The notes under the pieces were generated by a model. It was not told the DNA's origin and did no database searches. It saw only the letters and a program-made list of their open reading frames with translations. From Deltaproteobacteria bacterium (GTDB lineage Bacteria; Bdellovibrionota_B; Oligoflexia; Oligoflexales; Bog-1112), in NCBI GenBank assembly GCA_016186945.1, contig JACPKR010000003.1, forward strand, positions 11,542 to 75,541: a stretch of 64,000 nucleotides of DNA, given 5' to 3'. Made by a program: the position numbers and the translations under genes. Below, piece by piece: positions 45,583 to 54,676 of the stretch. The stretch's first letter is position 1; every line of letters begins with the position of its first letter.

Positions 45583-47979
45583 TTGGGCAATCTCAAAATC
45601 GCGACAAATTTGTCTCCTGTCAGCTCTGCTTACGAGGCAATAGCACTCTACTTGAATACGAGCGAAAGCTTTGAAAGGCAGGGTAAACTTATCAGCATGC
45701 AGAAGAAAGGGGAGCGCCTGCCCTTCCTTCTTAGTCGTGACCTGATATGCCTCGAACTTGGACATTACGAACTGTCTTTGATTCTCAACTCATGCGATGT
45801 AGTCGACAAGTTAGCGTTTGAAATCTTCTTGATGGAGGGGATTCAGAATTGGGGACAGAACCTTGCTTCCTCGGCATTGCGCACCTGGGTGGCTGCTACT
45901 GACCGTCTTTTATGGTTCGCAACTCTACCGCTCTTTAAGTCACCGTTAGCGACCCAACGAATGCAATACACACTCGTGGACATCAGTCTGAGTGTGGGAG
46001 GACGTTTCTTCGTTGAAAAGGTCCTCGTAGGTGATGGATGGGAGGAGTACTCTCCCGCTTTCCATGGCCTCTTACTGAACCGGGCTCAGCAGTTTCATGT
46101 GAACAGCCCGCGACTGGACACTCTCGCGCGAAGACGTTTGACTGAAATTTTGAAAAGCCCCGCATCGGACAACAAAGCCTTCCTGGCCTCGCTAAGTTGG
46201 CTTGCCGAAAAGGATACCGATTTCCTGACAAAACTTATAGTGGAGAAAGAACTAACCGAAATATGGAAAGACTTGATCAAACTTACTTTAGGACAAATTC
46301 GTGACGCAAAGTCCAGACTCACCCTAGTCCAAAAATCTCTCGAAGATAACGGTGTCAGCCTTGAAGACTTGAAATCAATATGGCCTCCCTTATGGCTTAA
46401 GCACAGGTTATCTTCCGCGAACACGTATTTGCTTCTGAAGCGTCTCACCCATTCCGCTCTGACTCATGAGGACGCAAGGGAGTTCCTGACGGGTATTCCG
46501 GCGGAAACTCTGATACGCGCCTCTCTCAAGCTTTCCGAAGAAGAGTTCACCACCATACTCCCTCTCCTTCAACCTTTTATACCCCCGTCGACAGCTCCTG
46601 AATTTGAAAAGAAGTTGCGCTCGCTCGCCACAGCGGAGCCAAGTGAGTTGTCCTCCCAGATCGAAGCCGAAAGAAAGGCTTTTCTCGAACACGATGCCCA
46701 ACACCTTTCTACAGCTTTTATACGACAGTATTTCGAAAAATCCCCTATGTTGACTCCCCTTAGTGAGGAAACATCTGCACGGTCGAGATTCTTTGATTTA
46801 GCCTGCAGGAACAAGAAAACATCACCGGACCGAGGGGATAACTTCTGGTCTCTCCTTACCCAAAGTTGGCATTCCCGTGACAAGGAGCTTCTCGACCGAC
46901 TTAGCAAGGAAGCCCGACAAATGCCCCTTCTTTTCGTTCCCTGTTATATAAAAGCACTCGGGCACTATAAAGGAGACGATGCGGCAGTTCTGAAAATCTT
47001 GGACTACGTCCGATCAGAAAACTCGCTCGTTATGTCCGAAATCATCAGCGCCTTGGCATCAATAGGAACACAACGTGCCCTGTCTGAGTTGGTTCAGTGC
47101 CTCTCCCGTCCTAATTCCACCCCCCAATTGAAACTGGATATTTGCGCGCATCTGTCCAAGGCTGACGTCGGCCTTCTCCAACCGGAAATAAGAAATGCGA
47201 TCAAGGACCTGGAAACCCCCGAAAACGAAGGATCAATCTGGGAATTGAAAGAGAGCCTTTACAATTTACTGAGACTTAGCCCCCCCGATCCCCAAGGGGA
47301 ATGGAAGGGGAAGTCCAAACTTCAACTGGACGAACAACTGAAAAAGAAATTCTCTGCTTACCCAAACTTGTCTGGTGAAATCAAGCGCTCCCTTCGTACC
47401 GCAGTGTTTTTTCATTCACAATCAGTCGCTCAAACAGGCATCGACTTAACGCCTGTGATTGACATGCAATACAAATCGTTAGAACTACTCTTTCGCGAAA
47501 ATTTTGAGGAATTCTGCGGGAAAGTGATCAAGCAGGGCCTTATCCAGAGAAAGCTCGATATCATCGGATATGCACGCCCTGTTCCCGAAGCCATGCAAGA
47601 GTTTGAGAATTACATCGCCTCTCTCCCCAATGTTCGCAATATCCCCTTTTTTAGTAGATTCAAAATGAGAAAGTTGCTCCGTTCTCTCTGCCTTTTCCGC
47701 CCCGGCCGACGTTTCACATTGGATGGGATCAAGGCCTTTGCCATCTTTTTCTTATGTTTTTCGCGCAAACAGTGCCGTTACGGTTTGGCCAACCTTGCTC
47801 CTCTCAATTTCACGACTGACGAGGAGCTGACAAGCTTTTGTAAAAAACTTCATATATTCCAGGACATCCGCAATCGAGCTGCCCACGAAGGATTTCGCGC
47901 CGACCAAGAGAATGATATCGAAAGCATCTGGGAAAACACAACGTCCATCTTCGAAACGGTCCAGAAGCTCCGTTCCTGA
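45583..47979 (+). CDS. Large alpha-helical (HEAT-like) protein with C-terminal HEPN-like RNxxxH motif
   Basis: 798-aa ORF; HEAT-like SEIISALASIGTQRALSEL; C-terminal FQDIRNRAAH followed by a final helix. Confidence 0.7.
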   Translation: MGNLKIATNLSPVSSAYEAIALYLNTSESFERQGKLISMQKKGERLPFLLSRDLICLELGHYELSLILNSCDVVDKLAFEIFLMEGIQNWGQNLASSALRTWVAATDRLLWFATLPLFKSPLATQRMQYTLVDISLSVGGRFFVEKVLVGDGWEEYSPAFHGLLLNRAQQFHVNSPRLDTLARRRLTEILKSPASDNKAFLASLSWLAEKDTDFLTKLIVEKELTEIWKDLIKLTLGQIRDAKSRLTLVQKSLEDNGVSLEDLKSIWPPLWLKHRLSSANTYLLLKRLTHSALTHEDAREFLTGIPAETLIRASLKLSEEEFTTILPLLQPFIPPSTAPEFEKKLRSLATAEPSELSSQIEAERKAFLEHDAQHLSTAFIRQYFEKSPMLTPLSEETSARSRFFDLACRNKKTSPDRGDNFWSLLTQSWHSRDKELLDRLSKEARQMPLLFVPCYIKALGHYKGDDAAVLKILDYVRSENSLVMSEIISALASIGTQRALSELVQCLSRPNSTPQLKLDICAHLSKADVGLLQPEIRNAIKDLETPENEGSIWELKESLYNLLRLSPPDPQGEWKGKSKLQLDEQLKKKFSAYPNLSGEIKRSLRTAVFFHSQSVAQTGIDLTPVIDMQYKSLELLFRENFEEFCGKVIKQGLIQRKLDIIGYARPVPEAMQEFENYIASLPNVRNIPFFSRFKMRKLLRSLCLFRPGRRFTLDGIKAFAIFFLCFSRKQCRYGLANLAPLNFTTDEELTSFCKKLHIFQDIRNRAAHEGFRADQENDIESIWENTTSIFETVQKLRS

Positions 47980-47984
47980 GACAC

Positions 47985-48012
47985 GTTCCTCCAAACCACC
48001 TCCTTGCCCCAA
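47985..48012 (-). repeat. Family A short fragment
   Basis: GTTCCTCCAAACCACCTCCTTGCCCCAA, located between the HEAT-HEPN gene stop and fabG. Confidence 0.75.
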
Positions 48013-48072
48013 ACGCGGAATTTTGTTACACCGAAAGTCATAGTGCTACGGATTCTCAAAGAGGGGCCATTT

Positions 48073-48798
48073 ATGCAAAGAGTAGCCTTAGTAACGGGCG
48101 CGTCTCGTGGTATAGGGGCGGCATGTGCTCAACTGTTGGGGGCAGAGGGATTTCGCGTTGCTCTTCATTTCGGACGCAATGAGGAGCAGGCTCGCAAGGT
48201 CAGTGAAACTATTGGTGACGCTCACCTCTTCCCTTGCGACCTTGCTTCTGAAGAAGCGTGTCAAAAACTGGTCACAGATGTTAAAAATCATTTCGGTCGT
48301 ATTGACCTACTTGTAAATAATGCGGGAATTAGCGTCGATCAGTTGGTTACCTTTGCAAAACCGGAGGACTTCGACCACATGATTCATGTGAATTTGAAGT
48401 CCGTTTTCCTTCTTAGCAAATTTGCCTCCCGCCATATGATCAAGCAAAAATCCGGGTCCATCATTAACATAACGTCGGTTGTAGGGTTCACCGGCAACGC
48501 GGGGCAATCTATCTATGCGGCAACAAAAGCGGCAATTGCTGGCTTCACAAAATCGATCGCCTGTGACTTGGCGTCCTTCGGTATCAGATGTAACTGTGTC
48601 GCTCCCGGGTTTATCGAGACCGACATGACTGCTGCACTGCCCCCGGATGTTCGAGAAGAGATTTTGCGAAAAGTCCCCTTGAAACGCCTGGGCACGACGC
48701 AGGAAGTCGCGCAGGTCGTTGCGTTCCTGGCGTCTGATAAAGCCTCCTACATTACGGGTTCGACCGTGCATGTAAACGGCGGACTCTATACCACTTAA
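48073..48798 (+). CDS. fabG: 3-oxoacyl-ACP reductase
   Basis: VTGASRGIG, NNAG, YAATK (YxxxK), APGFIETDMT and VNGG. Start reassigned to ATG 48073. Confidence 0.92.
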   Translation: MQRVALVTGASRGIGAACAQLLGAEGFRVALHFGRNEEQARKVSETIGDAHLFPCDLASEEACQKLVTDVKNHFGRIDLLVNNAGISVDQLVTFAKPEDFDHMIHVNLKSVFLLSKFASRHMIKQKSGSIINITSVVGFTGNAGQSIYAATKAAIAGFTKSIACDLASFGIRCNCVAPGFIETDMTAALPPDVREEILRKVPLKRLGTTQEVAQVVAFLASDKASYITGSTVHVNGGLYTT

Positions 48799-48809
48799 AG
48801 GACTCTTGT

Positions 48810-49817
48810 ATGGCAAAGATAGTCCTGACAGGAATCGGTCACAGCGTCCCACCGCACCTGATTTCCAACGAGTTTTTTGAAACACTTGACATCGAGTCCT
48901 CCTCCGAGTGGGTGAAAGAACGAACGGGCATAGAAAGCCGATATAGTGTTCTTCCAGAGGAAATTATCAGACGTCTGCGCTCAGGTGACTTGGAAAAGTC
49001 TGACTTATGGAAAGAAAAGCTCGCAACTCCTCTCGCAGAAATGACAGACGGAGCATGGGAACAGGCTTGCAATATGACAGGCAACGCAGCGTTTTCCCCC
49101 GACTTTCTGATTTGCGGAACATCCGTCCCTGACTTTTTCATCCCTGCAAACGCTTCGAAGATTGCCCAGAAACTTTGCTTATCTTCTCTTTCCTTCGACG
49201 TTAACACTGCTTGCAGCTCTTTTGTGACCAACCTTGCGGTTGCACGTGGGATGCTCTCGCAAGGGGAATACAGGAGCGCCGCGATTTTCAACGTTGAGCG
49301 TTATACGACGCAATTGGATTTTCGAGACAAGAAAACTTGTGTCCTTTTCGGTGACGGTGCAAGCTGTGCCCTTCTTCAGCAAACAGACGGAAGCCACGGC
49401 CTGGAACTCGTTGATGTAGTGTTGCACTCCGACCCGGCCGGGAGTGATCACGTGCAGATCCCGATCCACGACACGTTTTCGCAGAACGGAGCTGCGGTTC
49501 AGAAGTTTGCTATTGGCAAAACTGTGCAGGTAGTTTCTGAAATCATGGACCGCAATAGGTTATCTTCTGGGGATCTAAGATTTTTTATTGGCCATCAAGC
49601 AAACTTACGCATGTTGCAGGCTACCATTAAAAAACTTGGCTTGAGTCCCGAGCAGCACCTATATAACGTCACCACCCATGGGAATCAAGGAGCTGCGGGA
49701 GCGCCTTCCGTCCTCGCTCAGAATTGGAAGCGTTATGTGCCTGGTGATTACATTGTTGTGGCGGTTGTAGGAAGTGGACTCACCTGGGGCGCTGCTCTCT
49801 TTCGTCGGGGGGTATGA
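48810..49817 (+). CDS. fabH: 3-oxoacyl-ACP synthase III
   Basis: Catalytic Cys (NTACSSF), His (GHQAN) and Asn (HGNQG); LFGDGA; GSGLTWG. Confidence 0.92.
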   Translation: MAKIVLTGIGHSVPPHLISNEFFETLDIESSSEWVKERTGIESRYSVLPEEIIRRLRSGDLEKSDLWKEKLATPLAEMTDGAWEQACNMTGNAAFSPDFLICGTSVPDFFIPANASKIAQKLCLSSLSFDVNTACSSFVTNLAVARGMLSQGEYRSAAIFNVERYTTQLDFRDKKTCVLFGDGASCALLQQTDGSHGLELVDVVLHSDPAGSDHVQIPIHDTFSQNGAAVQKFAIGKTVQVVSEIMDRNRLSSGDLRFFIGHQANLRMLQATIKKLGLSPEQHLYNVTTHGNQGAAGAPSVLAQNWKRYVPGDYIVVAVVGSGLTWGAALFRRGV

Positions 49818-49833
49818 GCAGGAAAGCTGGTGA

Positions 49834-49880
49834 GCAAGGAGGTGGTTTGGAGGAAACTGCGCAGCTGGTTCCTCCAAGAA
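49834..49880 (+). repeat. Family A core-only derivative
   Basis: GCAAGGAGGTGGTTTGGAGGAAACTGCGCAGCTGGTTCCTCCAAGAA, between convergent stop codons. Confidence 0.88.
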
Positions 49881-49894
49881 GTCCCTTTAGCGTT

Positions 49895-50530
49895 TCATCC
49901 CACTTCCTCTAGCGCATTCTCGTTAGTGAGAACCGTCATCTGAAGGGCTGTGCTCTCTTTCGCGAGTTCCCGCAGGTAAGGCTCCAGTCGGGTGACGAGG
50001 ACACGTGCTAGTTCCTGCCAATGAAGTGCGCTCATCTTTTCATGAAAAGCTTCATGGGCGGAGCGGATCAAGTGGGCGAGTCCGTTCACTGGCGCTAAAT
50101 ATGCATGGCTGTAGTCCAGAATGCCATTCATATGTTCGATCAGTTCCAAGAGGAGACTGATGTCACTAGAGATCTCCTCAAGTTCACCACGCGGCTTGAT
50201 GCTTCCGTCTTGCCAACAATGAACTGCCAGTCCTTTCAAGCGATTGCTAATCGCGCTGGCAAGGTCTCCGACAACGTCGAGCGTTTGTAACGATAGATCC
50301 TTAGGACTTTCGATCCTGATGTGTAGAGAAGAGTTTGCATTCAAGGGAATATTTCTGACCTTCGTTTTTTTGAGTCCATCAACCATTTCCCGATCATCAA
50401 GGACCACGCTTGTCAGAATCGTGTCATGCTTGGCGAACAGCTTTTCCACCCAGCTTAGGGCTTCCCCGAGTGTTTTTATGGGGACGGGAACTGGGATTTC
50501 TTTGTGTTTAAGCTTGATCTTTTTCAGCAT
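49895..50530 (-). CDS. Hypothetical protein (small N-terminal beta domain plus helical bundle)
   Basis: 211-aa ORF with SD GGGGGCG/AAGAG upstream; co-oriented with the GT-TPR gene. Confidence 0.7.
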   Translation of the reverse strand: MLKKIKLKHKEIPVPVPIKTLGEALSWVEKLFAKHDTILTSVVLDDREMVDGLKKTKVRNIPLNANSSLHIRIESPKDLSLQTLDVVGDLASAISNRLKGLAVHCWQDGSIKPRGELEEISSDISLLLELIEHMNGILDYSHAYLAPVNGLAHLIRSAHEAFHEKMSALHWQELARVLVTRLEPYLRELAKESTALQMTVLTNENALEEVG

Positions 50531-50554
50531 GGGCTTTCTCTTTTCAAGGGGGCG

Positions 50555-52396
50555 TTAAGCCAGCGAAGCCTCACTATTCCTCCCAAGCTCTGCCTGCGTC
50601 ATACTCAAGAGGCGGTGGGCCCGATGATCGTTTTCGTCGTCATCCAGGATCCTGCGCATACTTTGCGCTGCTTCATCGAATTTTCCTTGCCGGTACAGGA
50701 CGCCACCCAAGGAGTACAGGATCTCATGATTTTGAGGGTGCAAAGCAAGGTAGCGACGTAGGCAGGTTTCCACTCGTTCGTAATCGTCGGTTTCGTACCC
50801 GATCCTGACAAAACTATAGAGGGCTGACAAATTTTCAGCGTTAAGTTTCAAAGCTTCATGTACCCATTTCGCGGCTTCTTTCAGCTGACCCAACGCTTGA
50901 AAAGCAAGTCCAAGGCCAAGATTAGCCATCTCGTCGTTAGGAGAGAGGGTGAGCGCTTTCTGGAAGTGCAGCACGGCAATTTCGTATTTCTTAGTCAGCA
51001 ACGTGATTGTTCCCAAGCCTATGTATGGTTTGGCTGACAATTCATCAGCCTCCGTTGCTTTAATATAGGCATTTTTGCTTTCCTCGAAATTTCCAAGCTT
51101 TGCAAAACAGTCGCCCATAATTCTATAAAGACTCGAAAGGTGATAATGGGGAACCTCCTCTCCACCGAGCGCTGATTCAATGATTTCCACAGCATCGAGG
51201 TACTGCTTGGTGGCAAGTTTCTTCTCAGCCTCAGCGACTAGCTTGTCAATGTCACGCGCTTCGACGAGGACGTCTTTGGATGTGGTCTTGATTAGCAACG
51301 TCTTCAACGTTTTCAGCTCATTTTCCAAGGGGTAGAATCGGGTCACTTTCTCTTTATTCTTAGCCGCTATATCTTTTGCCAAAGCGGGGGAATGTGCCAG
51401 CTTCGTGATAGCCTTCGCAAGGCTGCTTGGTGATCCCATGCAAAAATCAATTCTATGTTTTCCCACAAACTCCTCAATTACAGGCAGACGACAGGCAAGG
51501 ATGGGGATTTGGTAAACCATCGTCATCAGAACAAGGGACGGGTTGACGTAAAACGAATCGTGTGCGAATTTCGGTGCGCAATAGAGAGCCGAGCTAGCTT
51601 CAAGAGCTGTCGTCAGAGACACTTTGTTAGGAGGCGCAAAGACAACGTCGTTGTCGATCCCGATTTTGACCGCAAATTTCTTGATTTCCCCAACATAAGC
51701 ACCTTTTCCATATACGAGGAGTTTGCCGCGACGATGGAGATAGGAATCACTATCTTTTGCAAACCGTATAGCATGAAGAAGGTCTACAAGGTTTTTTTCC
51801 CAGGCAATGTTTCCCACAGCAGCAATGACAAAATCACCGTCACATAGACCGAGGGACTCGCAAGCTTCTGCCTTTCGCCTACTGCTGATCGCTTTTCTGT
51901 CCGGAACAAGGGGAGGGACGTAAAGGATTTTTTCCTCCTTTTCCCCCTCCAGACGGAGAAGTTTCCTTGCCGCATCGGACTGTACGAGAAAATAGTCCGC
52001 AAGTCCTCCCACTTCATCGCGGATGACCCGGACGTTGGGAAGTTCCTCACCAGGAAAAGACACCAGATTGTCGATCCATACGATCAAACGAAATAGATGC
52101 TTCGATTTCGCTTTGACGGCCTGATACGAGCAAAGGTTGGTTCGGTCTTTGACGATAACAACGTCAAAACCTTTCAGTATATTCTCAAGGCCAGGAAGAA
52201 AGGTTGGGCTTGACTCATAGTATGGCAGGGTAAGCAGAGCAAGCTTTGAATCCCTGAGGCAAGGGACCACCGATTCTCCAATTTTTGAAGACGTGATGAC
52301 ACTGAGTTCGCACGTCTCCGCGAGCGGTATGAACTGCTCAATATCGAAGACATTGGGATGGCACCCGAAAACAAGGGCTATTTTTGTCTTGTCCAC
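50555..52396 (-). CDS. GT-B (GT4-like) glycosyltransferase domain fused to TPR repeats
   Basis: AVGNIAWEKN, LLVYGKG and IPILAC segments of the GT4 C-lobe; several TPRs (PYIGLG, ANLGLG, ILYSLG); GTG start. Confidence 0.75.
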   Translation of the reverse strand: MDKTKIALVFGCHPNVFDIEQFIPLAETCELSVITSSKIGESVVPCLRDSKLALLTLPYYESSPTFLPGLENILKGFDVVIVKDRTNLCSYQAVKAKSKHLFRLIVWIDNLVSFPGEELPNVRVIRDEVGGLADYFLVQSDAARKLLRLEGEKEEKILYVPPLVPDRKAISSRRKAEACESLGLCDGDFVIAAVGNIAWEKNLVDLLHAIRFAKDSDSYLHRRGKLLVYGKGAYVGEIKKFAVKIGIDNDVVFAPPNKVSLTTALEASSALYCAPKFAHDSFYVNPSLVLMTMVYQIPILACRLPVIEEFVGKHRIDFCMGSPSSLAKAITKLAHSPALAKDIAAKNKEKVTRFYPLENELKTLKTLLIKTTSKDVLVEARDIDKLVAEAEKKLATKQYLDAVEIIESALGGEEVPHYHLSSLYRIMGDCFAKLGNFEESKNAYIKATEADELSAKPYIGLGTITLLTKKYEIAVLHFQKALTLSPNDEMANLGLGLAFQALGQLKEAAKWVHEALKLNAENLSALYSFVRIGYETDDYERVETCLRRYLALHPQNHEILYSLGGVLYRQGKFDEAAQSMRRILDDDENDHRAHRLLSMTQAELGRNSEASLA

Positions 52397-52770
52397 TATA
52401 TCGTCCTAGTAAAGGAGTGAGCCTTTGCTTTTGCAGACTGATATTTCTTGTTTCGTGATTTTTCCTTTTGCAATTTTGCAAGTTGCGAAAAGAGGTCCAT
52501 CCGGACACCTTCAAGGGAGCTGCCTAGCCTTAGATTCACGGCTGCAATTTTTTCTATGAGTTCTTTGAACGGATCATCTGCATCAAGTGCTTTCAATTGA
52601 TCGTAGTAACGATAGTTGTGATAAGCAGCGTTGCGCCATTTTAAAAGTTCGAGAGCCTGAGCCAATTTTTTCTTGTGAATAAGTTGCAAGACTCTCTCAC
52701 CACGATCGAGGTAGACCTGGAGGGCTGCGATGGCACGCGCCAAACTTTTTTCCGACATAGGTCGTTTCAA
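52396..52770 (-). CDS. Small helical protein, FliT-like
   Basis: 124 aa, all-helical, basic C-terminal segment ending ..KYQS..; SD GGAGG before TTG 52770. Confidence 0.5.
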   Translation of the reverse strand: MKRPMSEKSLARAIAALQVYLDRGERVLQLIHKKKLAQALELLKWRNAAYHNYRYYDQLKALDADDPFKELIEKIAAVNLRLGSSLEGVRMDLFSQLAKLQKEKSRNKKYQSAKAKAHSFTRTI

Positions 52771-52851
52771 GGCCGCCTCCTTCGTTTATTATAAACCAAG
52801 ACGGGCATCTTGCGGTAATCTGCGCTATTTCGGTTGGTACAATTTGCCTAG

Positions 52852-53066
52852 CTATAGTATTTGAGAAAAAGAATTTGTGGAGAGGACCTTTTTTGAAAAA
52901 AAGTTCCCCTCCGCTGTCATCCCGCGGCTTGACCGCGGGATCCAACGGCAGCCTTCCTCGAATAAGTTGGGTCCCGCGGTCAAGCCGCGGGATGACAGAC
53001 CCGTAAAAATTCTTCCCGAAAACTCGTAAAAGTTTTTCCCAAAATTGATTGTCTTGAATACTATAG
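52852..53066 (-). mobile_element. Family B MITE whose middle is replaced by a REP doublet
   Basis: Perfect 10-bp TIR CTATAGTATT at both ends; the empty site reconstructs to CTAG. Confidence 0.9.
52915..52997. repeat. Family C inverted REP doublet (REPIN-like)
   Basis: TGTCATCCCGCGGCTTGACCGCGGGATCCA, 23-nt spacer, TGGGTCCCGCGGTCAAGCCGCGGGATGACA. Confidence 0.9.
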
Positions 53067-54002
53067 TCATAGCAGATCAATTTTAGGAGCTGGGGAGATC
53101 GGCCCGCTTATCTTTATCAGCAGTTTGCCCTCGGTTTCCTTCCCCGAGATGGCGTTTAGAGCGAAACCGAATTGTTTCCTCAGTTCCTGGAATAGTTGCA
53201 AATTGACGGAGATATCGAGGACGGATTGCTCAATCTTTGTTTTCTGCAAGACTTTCCCTTCAAACGCAATATCGAGGTCTTTTGTGCGAAAGCGAGAATT
53301 TTTGTCTATGGTCGCAGTTCCATTTTGCAAGCTCGCCTTCAGAATCGCCGTTTCAAACTTTTGCGAAGGGATTTGCATGGATTCGTCAAATTGGACTACG
53401 GTATCTTTCAAATCAAAGGATACTGTTCCCGTCGAAAGGGAGAAATCGGAAACATTCAAACTCAAATCCACCTCTGCCTTAAGTTTTCCGTCTATCCCCA
53501 TTTTCTCAAGGATTGGTTTTAAAAAAAGACTGGTACCCGGACTAGCGGCAAACATTTTCACTCCAAACTCTGCTAAATCACCGAATAGAAACTTGTCAGC
53601 CTCGATCTCGACCGAGGACGGGAGTATCATACGAGATCCTTTGAGAAGGTCGAACAGACTCAGCCCAAGGGACAGATCCAGAGTTCCCTGCGACCTATCC
53701 TCGATCTCGACATCCACATCAATATGCGCCCAGAGAAGGGGAAGCACACTGACCTGCACGCTAGCATAGGGAATCTGAATCTCGTTACCTTCGGATGTGC
53801 CCAATTTTGTATTTTCGATCTCGATCCCTAAAGGGAAGCTCGGGCCTAAGTCTCCAATGCTTACTGCCATGCCCGTAGCATTGGTCGTTTCCACAGCGAT
53901 TGACTCCTTCAGCACATCGTAGGGGAAGGAGAAGTAGAGAAAAGTGATGAATCCAACAAGACCGACAATTATATATATAGCCCAACGCGTAAAATTTTTC
54001 AT
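53067..54002 (-). CDS. gspN: Type II secretion system protein GspN
   Basis: N-terminal TM FLYFSFPYD, beta-rich body; last gene of the gsp cluster. Confidence 0.75.
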   Translation of the reverse strand: MKNFTRWAIYIIVGLVGFITFLYFSFPYDVLKESIAVETTNATGMAVSIGDLGPSFPLGIEIENTKLGTSEGNEIQIPYASVQVSVLPLLWAHIDVDVEIEDRSQGTLDLSLGLSLFDLLKGSRMILPSSVEIEADKFLFGDLAEFGVKMFAASPGTSLFLKPILEKMGIDGKLKAEVDLSLNVSDFSLSTGTVSFDLKDTVVQFDESMQIPSQKFETAILKASLQNGTATIDKNSRFRTKDLDIAFEGKVLQKTKIEQSVLDISVNLQLFQELRKQFGFALNAISGKETEGKLLIKISGPISPAPKIDLL

Positions 54003-54013
54003 AGGGACCTCGA

Positions 54014-54661
54014 CTATTTTTTGCCTTGATAACCTCGGAACATCAATGTCGTATCGAAAAACAATTTATTGCCATATTGGCCTGTGATTTTAATTTCCTT
54101 CAGACGGATATAATGTTCAGACTTTTCGACATCGGACACCAGGCTCAGGATGCGTGGGATGGAAATCTGGGGAAAGCGCATTTCTATATCGACTTCGTTA
54201 AATGTCTCAGAAAGGGGATTGGCAGAGTCAATGGGATTCACTTTTTCGCTCAGGTCCTTCATCTCGATATTCTTTTCCTTACTCAACTTCTCGAAGAAAG
54301 GCTTGAATGCCAATCCCCTCGTTTTTGCGGAAATGGTACTCACAAGTTTGGAGAAACGTTGTTCTTCATTGGTATCGAAAGATTTGACTTTTTTCAGTTC
54401 CTGCAGGGCTGAGACGCTTTCGCTCAACTCAAGCTCAAGCTCTCGCACTTGCCCGAAGTATAAAACAAGGGCAATTCCTATAACAAAAACGATAGCTCCC
54501 ACACCAACTGCGACTACCCCGTTCCTTTGTGTGGGTGACAGTTTGTAGAAACTGTCCATCACAAAATCCAGACGTTCGTTGTTGGGACCCAGAAGTCGGA
54601 CTCTAATTTCCTTCAGATATTTCTCAAGGAACGGATCGAGCAATTTTTTCAAAGCTCCCAT
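54014..54661 (-). CDS. gspM: T2SS GspM/PilO-like inner membrane protein
   Basis: KLSPTQR..TM..coiled coil..ferredoxin-like C-domain; position after gspL. Confidence 0.65.
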   Translation of the reverse strand: MGALKKLLDPFLEKYLKEIRVRLLGPNNERLDFVMDSFYKLSPTQRNGVVAVGVGAIVFVIGIALVLYFGQVRELELELSESVSALQELKKVKSFDTNEEQRFSKLVSTISAKTRGLAFKPFFEKLSKEKNIEMKDLSEKVNPIDSANPLSETFNEVDIEMRFPQISIPRILSLVSDVEKSEHYIRLKEIKITGQYGNKLFFDTTLMFRGYQGKK

Positions 54662-54676
54662 TACATCACCTTCAAG

